Shown: one piece after another, positions 52,817 to 61,132 of the stretch
How positions within the stretch are numbered: the first letter of the stretch is position 1
How the letters are laid out: every line of letters starts with the position of its first letter
Source: Barthelona sp. PCE
Taxonomy: Eukaryota
Reading direction: 5' to 3'
Length of the DNA stretch: 64,000 nucleotides
NCBI GenBank assembly: GCA_040285745.1
Contig: JAUFOR010000003.1
Coordinates: forward strand, 496,001 to 560,000
The notes under the pieces: generated by a model
What the model was told of the DNA's origin: nothing
What the model saw: the letters and a program-made list of their open reading frames with translations, nothing else
Database searches by the model: none
Program-made: the position numbers and the translations under genes

Positions 52817-53177
52817 ATGACAGAAGTTAACACTAGCATCCCTGAAGAACCCATGACACCCAATGTCGTTGTTCAACAACCTCTCTCTTATAACGAAGCA
52901 GAGCAAGTATTTTTTCCAGCTTTCATGGCTCATATAAGTATAAACTCATATTTAGCAGCAGATCGAGGCACAACAGGCAGCCTTACTAAAGAACAGATAC
53001 GGCAACAAACTCAAGGCCAATCCATTGGCCCGTCATCTACGAAAATCTCAAAAACGATTCGATTCTGCAGATTTTTTTTCCAACCAACACCGTACAGTTA
53101 ACACAGTACCATACCAGCCTGCCCAACCTGCTCAAACGACTATTGTTGAGCAGCCCAATGAAGCAAACGGTAATTAA
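52817..53177 (+). CDS. ENSA: Endosulfine/ARPP-19 (Igo) family PP2A inhibitor; two exons (52817-52906, 52956-53177)
   Basis: After removing the 49-nt intron it reads QQAALLKNRYGNKLK...LRKSQKRFDSADFF. FDSAD is the family signature. Confidence 0.88.
52907..52955 (+). other. Spliceosomal intron, 49 nt
   Basis: GTATTT...ACTCATATTTAG; removal brings the endosulfine motif into frame with the ATG. Confidence 0.88.
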
Positions 53178-53445
53178 GTCCTCATACTTCCATAGTTTGA
53201 TTGTATTTGAACTTTAGGTAGTTTGAGACATGTGTATTTATTCTTTTATACGGATTCATTAGCGATGTAACGCTTGTAGCATGAAGTTTTTGTTTCATTC
53301 AGTAAAATATTCTTCATTTAGTGATACATAACGTTAGGTGTGTCCAGAAAACATCTATATTTATCATTGATGATCCATAAAAACCATCAAATATAAAAAG
53401 TTGTTTTCCATTTGTCCTTTCTTTTCACCACATTTTCACAATAAG

Positions 53446-54696
53446 ATGGGGCACACTGCTTTTCTTCACAACATACCAGCATCATTTGGGGAGCCATATC
53501 TTCTTCATTTGTTAAGTTTGTTTTCTTCTTTCGAGCAATGGACTGCTCTCCCACTAATATCTCCTGTAAACGGGAACTGTGTGTTCTCGAGTGTCTATGA
53601 AGGCTTTGTATCATTCACCACACAACAGGGTGTCACACAAATTCACAGGTTGCTCAATAACTTCATGATTGATGGTCGCAGCCTGAAAGTCAATATTGAC
53701 AACGCAGTACAGAGTGATACTGAGACGAAACAGAACGATGCACGTGTAGAAACAGCGATTAAGCGTCTCTTTAAACAGAGAAGGGAATCACATTTCTCCC
53801 TTTCGACAACCACAGATCTTATTCGAACTGAACTGGTCGAGACAACTGATCTTACTGAGTACGAGGTATGGATGCTCAGGAACTGTCACATACAATTACA
53901 AAAATTACACATGCAACGCATCACAGGAAAACTGCGCAAACATCAGGAGCAAGAGTCTTTTGAGGCAAATATCCTTGAAAAGGTGGCTCGGATGCGTCAA
54001 GAGCGAGAGTGGGCTGTTAACGAGCACGGACCTGGTCTTCGGAGAGAGAAAGAAAAGAAAATGAGAAGGAGGAGGACCGCACTGATGGAGCAGATCATCC
54101 GTGACGGAAACATTGCGCTAGAGGTGATGCATCACGTGGAAGGGCTGTTTGCAAACACATCAGACCAGAGTGTTTTCGAAAACATGCATATTGCTATGAG
54201 TATTGTCAACGAGACACTTTTACTCGACGGTAAGGTTGTTAGTAACGTACATTGCATGTCAGCAGACCCGGATCCGGCCAGGTGTCGCCCGTTTGAGCTA
54301 AAAAAAGTACCTCTCTATGGTACAGATGAAGATGTTCTTTATAAGTTGATCGATCTGATACCCATAAGTAGGAAGGCTCTATATGAGATTGAGTGTGTGA
54401 AAACGGTACTAAATACGTTTGATGTTGAAGGTGTGTTGATGGAGAGTTTAAGTCAAAACATTCTTCCGATTGCAGAGGATAAAACGGAAAATGTGATAGA
54501 ATTTGTTGTACGAGAGCTCTTTGAGCGCTTTTCAAGCAACACGAACAGCTGCTGCATTGCACTAGATATGGAGAAAGCTCTTTCTTCTGATTTGTTAGAA
54601 TTGGAGACTGCAAAAAAAGTTGTTATTCAGTTATGGAGACATTTGGTATTCCTGCAATTAATTAGTGAGTATAAGCAGATTGATGATAAGCAGTAG
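53446..54696 (+). CDS. RBM25: RBM25/SNU71-like splicing factor (RRM + charged region + PWI)
   Basis: N-terminal RRM (TAFLHNIP, GFVSF, LNNF.IDGR.LKV) and C-terminal PWI (LIDLIP.SR..LY ... VIEFV ... VIQLWRHL.F). Confidence 0.72.
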   Translation: MGHTAFLHNIPASFGEPYLLHLLSLFSSFEQWTALPLISPVNGNCVFSSVYEGFVSFTTQQGVTQIHRLLNNFMIDGRSLKVNIDNAVQSDTETKQNDARVETAIKRLFKQRRESHFSLSTTTDLIRTELVETTDLTEYEVWMLRNCHIQLQKLHMQRITGKLRKHQEQESFEANILEKVARMRQEREWAVNEHGPGLRREKEKKMRRRRTALMEQIIRDGNIALEVMHHVEGLFANTSDQSVFENMHIAMSIVNETLLLDGKVVSNVHCMSADPDPARCRPFELKKVPLYGTDEDVLYKLIDLIPISRKALYEIECVKTVLNTFDVEGVLMESLSQNILPIAEDKTENVIEFVVRELFERFSSNTNSCCIALDMEKALSSDLLELETAKKVVIQLWRHLVFLQLISEYKQIDDKQ

Positions 54697-54784
54697 TTAC
54701 ATGAGCAGTACACAAGAATATATATTTGAAGAAGAACATTACACAAAGTAAATTTCATATTTATTGATACTGGCTGTATTAGTC

Positions 54785-54806
54785 ACATGTTTTGAACAAA
54801 ACATGT
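54785..54806. repeat. Perfect inverted repeat, 10-bp arms
   Basis: ACATGTTTTG-AA-CAAAACATGT. Confidence 0.9.
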
Positions 54807-55836
54807 TTACAGTTTGGAAAAATGGAAATGTAGTAAAATTCAAGTTTCAAAAAAAAAATTTCGACATAATTACATTTTCTATGGAATTCATTCAATTATT
54901 AAACTTTAATTATGTATGATAAAACAAATATCACTAATAATATTCCACAAAAGCTCAAAAAAAAAAAATATCAGAAAACTAGTATCATGGTCTTGATTTT
55001 TATGGTGTATGCACTATTTTTTTTTTACAACTGTAAAGATTTTTAATACCTCCTTAATGTTTTTATTCGTTGAACAATCAAAGTTATTTCTCAGCGCTTA
55101 AACAAAATAGAAATCTTATTTTAATGCTTGAAGATGTAATTAATGTTTAAATACGTTTTAAAGCAAAAATATTGTATGAGAATAAAAATTAATGCAAACA
55201 TGCAAAATTTTTTTTCCTGCAAAACATCTTTTTTGATTTTTACTACATATCAGCAGATGTATAATATCAATAAATGTCTATCAAAAATCCCAAGAACATG
55301 TATTTATCTCTTTTAAATAAACCTGCATAATTTGTTTTAGTTTTATTCCTTTTAATAAATATTAAGTGTGTATTAGCCCATTAATAAGACCGCATTTCCT
55401 CATTTTTCAACCACAATGGAGCACTTAAGAGGTATGGTTAGGTTATACTCGATACAGGTACTTTTAATGTGTACTTTGGGAGCTTAATGAATTCATAATG
55501 TTGAACATTGCAGGGAATAAATAGAATCATGTTATGATTTTAATGATTGCAGCATTTTTTCTAAACAATGAAGAGTTTTTTATGTTTGTAAGTTTTATAC
55601 ATTGAATTATATTCCGTATTGTACTTATTGGACAGTTTTGATATTTATGATAAAGAACAAAGATAAGGAAGCATAACGTAATGTTGAGTTTCTTTGTAAA
55701 TAGCTTATCCTAATATTTTTAGTGTTTTATTTAAGATAATTTTGTCTTATTTTCGGTTAAATTCAGCTGAGCACATCTTACATATGTAGTTGTAGCTTTT
55801 ACTATGATTTTTTGTTTTCTTTTTCTTTTCAACATT

Positions 55837-56247
55837 ATGCCACCTAAGAATTCTGCCAGTAGCACAACTCCCAAAAAAAGAGGCAGACCCCGTCTTGAAA
55901 TTGATATGAATGATGTTGTACAAAGAATGAGAAAAGGTGAGACTCAAGAGGAAATTGCGGCTGCAGCGAACTGTTCCCCATCGACTATTAAGAGCAGACG
56001 TGATGAATTGATTCCTAAACAAGAAGATAAACTTAATATGGAGAGAGGTCGTGGTTACAGGCAGGGTAAAAGAGAAGGAAGAATTGAGGGACAAAACTCT
56101 GTTAGTACCTCTCCTGCTCCCGCAAAAAGAAAATCTGCTCCAAGAAGAACAACTACCAAAAAATCAGCAACTGCAAAAAAATCCGCCCCAAAAAGATCAA
56201 CTAACAGAAGAACTACAACTGCAAAAAGAAAAACCACCAAAAAATAA
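55837..56247 (+). CDS. Small basic DNA-binding protein: AT-hook + helix-turn-helix + histone H1-like tail
   Basis: PKKRGRPR, GETQEEIAAAANCSPSTIKS, GYRQGKREG, then a K/R/T/S/A/P-rich tail. Confidence 0.82.
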   Translation: MPPKNSASSTTPKKRGRPRLEIDMNDVVQRMRKGETQEEIAAAANCSPSTIKSRRDELIPKQEDKLNMERGRGYRQGKREGRIEGQNSVSTSPAPAKRKSAPRRTTTKKSATAKKSAPKRSTNRRTTTAKRKTTKK

Positions 56248-56292
56248 CTTTTTCATATGGATTGATTAGTTTTAAATGTAATAAATTGTAAT

Positions 56293-56315
56293 AATTTTCA
56301 CAATTTGTGAAAATT
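56293..56315. promoter_or_regulatory. Perfect 23-bp palindrome, candidate protein-binding site
   Basis: AATTTTCACAA-T-TTGTGAAAATT, ending 10 bp upstream of the CCCTTATCA motif and 44 bp upstream of ATG 56360. The palindrome is certain; its function is inferred. Confidence 0.5.
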
Positions 56316-56359
56316 GTTTTTCTGTCCCTTATCACTAATTTTTGTTTAGCAAACATGAG

Positions 56360-59300
56360 ATGGATAACTTTTTAACCCTTACATCTGCTGATTTACGCTA
56401 TAACGAGCTTTTTAGTCAACTCTTTAGTTCCGCTATTGATTTAGATGCTATTACATTCTCAGACATCCCGTCTCTTAAGGCCCAGCGCATATACTTGGAT
56501 CTCAGCATCGTCAAGAAACGTTACGACGAAGTCTACCAAATTGGACTGTCAGCCAGCACAAAGACCAGCTGGGTCAGAAAGTACATTGCCAATCTGTTCA
56601 AGACACAGCCCAAGTTCTTTCACCACATGATCACCAAGGAGAACCTGCTTGAGGTATTCTCAACAGCACCTGTTGCTTTTCGAGCAAGATACCTCTCTCA
56701 GTTGTCTCGTTACGGTAAGAACGGACGCTACACAGCCATTGCTGATGTAATTATCAGCGATCCTGCATGGAACCAGCTCTTGAGCGGTAAGCAGCTGCGT
56801 ACTCTCTACATTGCTGCTTCACCCACCGTTGCCAAGAAGTACATTCTGGATAAGTTCAACGTCAGCAAGAGTATTCCCTTTGAGTTCATTCAGCCTCGTT
56901 TCTATGAAATTGTCTATGAAATTTATATTGATGCTATGCACAAGAATGACGATAGTCAGCTTTATGGTTCAACCCATAATCATTACCGCTTCAACAATTA
57001 CGTGCTTAATTCCCCTGAAAAGTCTCGTGAGATCTTTTTGGACCGAATTAAAACTGGACAAAACGTTCACTCTGTTGCATATCTTTGCAATTCATCCAAG
57101 ATGCATAAATCACAACTTTTAAATCGTATTATGCACAAATTCGCAGTCGAAGAGCCGAAATTTTTCGTTGATGAGCTCTTCAAGGCTGAATTCTACACTT
57201 ATTCAACATTCTGGGAGATGATGCCTTACTTCATCAAGTATCACGGTGATGATGTTGCTGTTAAGGCATTTAAATTAGCTCAAAAGCGCAGCTTTAGACC
57301 AATATCTTCTATCAGAAGCCAGTATCGTGAGAGGGGTATTGCTTTCTCAACCAAACCCGGTAGTCTTTTCGTGCGTTTGCTTGAATGTTATTTCGACGAA
57401 TCTATTTTGCATATATTCACTATTGCTAAGGATACGGTCAACAAAGAAATTGGGTATGTTGTTCAAGACTGGCACAATGTCGAACAGTACTTTCATACTC
57501 CTAAAGACCCTCACAGCTATTTCCCAGGTCTTGATAAGTTCAGACATGCATTGGCCAACCACCTGTATGTTCAGCTTGAGAAGGAAGAGTATTGGGACCG
57601 TTACTATAAGCCCGAGCATCTTGGCAACCAGGTTGGCACCATCTTGAATTTTGTCACTCTTGAGTGTGCCACCACCCCCAAACCCGAATATACCGTTCGT
57701 CTTTCTGGTAAAACCTATGAGGTTTCCCACATTTTGTATCTTTTCATTGGCAAGAACGGACTTCTCCATACCGATGCCTACTCTACGCTTTACCGTTTGC
57801 TCCAGCGTTTCATCTGCACCGGCGACTGGACAGAGTGGGATACCTTCAAGGCCGTCACTCCTCACATTATCGGACGTGTTCCTGAGGATTCTTACTGTTA
57901 CATCAATATCGATTATGATCACTGTCCCTTCTTCTACAAGCCTGAGACAGTAGACAACCTCGCTGAATACTTCATCGCCAACATTGATCATAAGATCATG
58001 CACAACATCTACAAATCAATGGATTTGTACCAGTTTATGGTCAACCACAAGATTGCTCCTAATTTCTTCCCTCTTGAGCACATGAAGCACTTCTTTGACA
58101 AGATGATGGAGATTGCTGATATCTACGATGAGAAGGTTGATAGGCGCAAGGAGGGCGCCGCCACTTTCATCAGATACACATTTCTCAACCATCACGGTTT
58201 TTACACACAACGGCCGTTCGTTCTCTTGCCTCACAAGTTCGAGCGTGGTAAATGTTACACTATTTACAATCTCGATGATAAGCGCAACAACAGCACTCAA
58301 GAGCGTCACGATAAGTACAACAAGATCGTCAACTACGTGTCTGAAGAATGCTATCGCTACGTCATTGATGACCTTCTTGCTCGTCAAGCCACAGCCAGCA
58401 CTGACGTATCTATTCTTCAGCGCATCTTCAACAGTCTTATTCATACGCTTAACATCCGTCGTGTTTGGAACTATGCGGAGAAACAGTTGTGCTTTGATAA
58501 CCAAGAACTTGTGCGTCAATACTCCCTTGACCAGTACATTTGCCTCTGTAACGGCAGCACCGTTGCTCCCCTCAGGATGCTCTGTGTCGACGCCACTGAT
58601 ATGCCCGGACCAGACAAGGTCTATCCCATTGCTCGCCCCAAGGCCCGCCACAAGGTTGTCAAGGGTTACCAAGACCCCTTAACGAACAGCCGTATCATTA
58701 CTCGCAGTGACTTCGTTAGCAAGATGTACAGAATCAGCTCCGTCTATGACATCCCCAACGTTGAGCGCTTCGATTCCCTTGCTATCCAGGTTCGCGATGA
58801 GATTGCTCATTACTTCGATCCCCTCGACAAGCTGTTCGGTCTTTACGCCGATCTCGAGGAGCTGGATCGCGATATCTCGGAGATGAGCGACCGCGACATC
58901 GAGGATGAGGAGGCCGAAGCTGAGTACAAGGAGATGCTTCAGTCCCGCCGTGACCTTGTCGAGAGCATCTCTGATCAGATCAGCAGCACCCTGGACCTGC
59001 TCGAGATTAACAACATGCTCCGTACTCTGCAGTTCTCCCTTCGCTTCTCCACAACCTTCCTCAATGAAGAGTTCGTCAAGCGCATTATTGGCTTCACACA
59101 CCTTTCCAACCGTGCTTTCACCAACTCAAACATCCTTGAGCTCTTCAAGCGCGTCATCTTCATCCTCGGCCGCATTATGTGCCTCACCGATCTCCCTTTC
59201 GCTGAGATGGCCCGCTCCGCGCTTCTCACTGCCCTCACTATCCCCAAGTCTGCTCCTTTCGTGCGCACTCTTCTCGAGGGATATGTCATGCACACGTCTG

Positions 59301-60779
59301 TCGAGGAGCAGAAGCGTCTTTTCGATGATCTCATTGCTCTCGCATATTCCGATGAGTGGCGCTTCGGCATCACTCCCATGAAGATGATTATCGGAGTTGT
59401 CCAGGCACTATCCCGTCAGAACGCTGGCGTTAACCCCGCCGCCTTCCTAAAGGTTATGTGGGACCAGGAGACCATGGCAGTCGATGTCCGTCTTGTTCTG
59501 CTCAACTTCGCCGTTGATCAGATCTCTCTCATGCTCAACAAGGGATGGAGCGATTCCGTTTTCGAGAGCGAGTACTGGCAGCTCGTCGGTCTCGCTGCAC
59601 GCCGTTTCTACGGTGTTGTTGTGATTGTCGAGCGCATCGTTGAGTTCATCACCTTCCTCTACAACAAGATCGGCACCGAGCACTGGAACGATGCCTTCAA
59701 TTGTGTTGTTGGCCACTGGCTCTGCCCCATCATGGAGAAGGAGTTCCGTGACACTCGTACCGACTACAAGAACGTCGAGATCGTCCTTAATTCCATCATT
59801 AATGCCTCTCTTCACAACCAAGGTTACTCTCTTGTTAATGTATCGCTCCCCTGACCGCTTCCTGCAGTTCTGTGAGCAGTACGCCCAGCCCATCTTCCGC
59901 TACTTCAGCCGCTTCACCGAGATGATCTGCCTCGTCTTCTCTCAGCGTCGTGATAGCAAGCGCCTCCTAAAGATGCTCGAGCCTCTCAAGGACACTTTCC
60001 GCGAGAACCTCACTGTTTCTATCGAGCAGCACCTGGCAAAGGCCCGCGATCGCACCCACCAGTTGTATGTGCCTTTCTTGAACAACAATTTGGTTGCTCA
60101 GAAGCTTACTGATGTGTGCAAGTACTATCTGAAGGACGATATTGCTCTCACACGGGAGTTCTTCAGAACCATCTCTACTTTCATGCTTGAGTGTTACAAC
60201 GAGATCGATGGCTTCCATATCGGAGAGGTTTGGTGGAAGACATTTATCGCTGGTTACCATGAGCTCATTCCCGCCATTAAGGCAGTTCTCAAGCTTTACA
60301 GTGGCGAATTGAAGCTACCTCACATTTCTTACAACGGCAATCACTTTTCTCTCTTAGGTGCACTCATGTACGTTGAAGTTCGTTCTGAGACGGTAGATAA
60401 TATGTGCAAGGCCATGAAATTGATCGAGGACTCTGATTTGAAGTCATGCTTAAAGCTAAGATGGATGACGATTATGCTTAAGGTGTTCACTGATGGTGGT
60501 ATTGGTTACAGTGGTACTTATCTATATCCTTCTTCTTATATCGATCGCATCCCTCTTGAGACATTTTTACGTGCTCGTGTCTCAGACACTTCATATTTCA
60601 ATGTTTTGACCAGATTCTTGGATATAATTCGCGCAGGTGCTTATTACACCAGTATGTCTCGTGATTCGGTTTCAGCTTTCCGCATCGGCACCAAGAGGAT
60701 TGCATCCAAGAAGGATATTGAGCCTTACATTCGTCCAATCATTCGCCCAGCTAATGATGAGAGCACAAACACTGAATAA
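56360..60779 (+). CDS. Large (about 1470 aa) unknown, mostly helical protein interrupted by one +1 frameshift near 59835-59855
   Basis: ORF 56360-59854 and the 3' part of ORF 59625-60779 share the same C-ending codon bias. The preferred frame switches at ..CTTGTTAATGTATCGCTCCCCTGAC. Confidence 0.72.
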
Positions 60780-61097
60780 AGCGTTAGATTTGATGTAGAG
60801 AAACATAGCAAAGTTGAAACTGACACAAGTATTGAACCGACTGATAAACCGCCAGCAAAGCGAGGAAGACCCTCTAAAAATCTTCCCAAGGAAGAGGTGG
60901 CGAGAATGATGGACACTGGGCATATTCAAAAAGAAATTGCAGAACAACTAGATTGTTCCATAAAAACATTATACAATTTTAGGAAAAAAAATTTCACGGA
61001 GGAGGAGGATCGATTACACAAAGAAAAGGGTAAGAGCTACAGAGAAGGATACAGAGAAGGATACAAAGCGAGTAAGAAAGCTGCCAAAACAAAATAA
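60780..61097 (+). CDS. Second AT-hook + HTH reading frame, paralogue of 55837-56247; start unresolved
   Basis: The frame is open from the TAA at 60777-60779: SVRFDVEK...AKRGRPSKNLPKEEVARMMDTGHIQKEIAEQLDCSIKTLYN...GKSYREGYREG. Confidence 0.68.
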   Translation, partial: SVRFDVEKHSKVETDTSIEPTDKPPAKRGRPSKNLPKEEVARMMDTGHIQKEIAEQLDCSIKTLYNFRKKNFTEEEDRLHKEKGKSYREGYREGYKASKKAAKTK

Positions 61098-61132
61098 AAA
61101 CAAATTTTTTCTGCAACAACACAGTGCGTGTA

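Noticed and set aside
53178-53445. Several small hairpins in the ENSA-RBM25 spacer as an ncRNA
   Set aside because: The stems are short and AT-rich with no convincing C/D, H/ACA or Sm motifs, so a covariance-model search would be needed.
57347-59893. Long antisense and off-frame ORFs within the large gene
   Set aside because: Expected by-product of strong codon bias; no motifs recognised.
59852-59954. Selenocysteine readthrough of the TGA ending ORF 56360-59854
   Set aside because: The same frame meets further TGA and TAG stops within about 100 nt, and the coding signal moves to the +1 frame.
60777-60779. Alternative genetic code (TAA/TAG = Gln) explaining the in-frame HTH
   Set aside because: Conserved genes here (SEC23, selD, DAD1, COPG) end at TAA at the expected positions, and long ORFs have no internal TAA/TAG.
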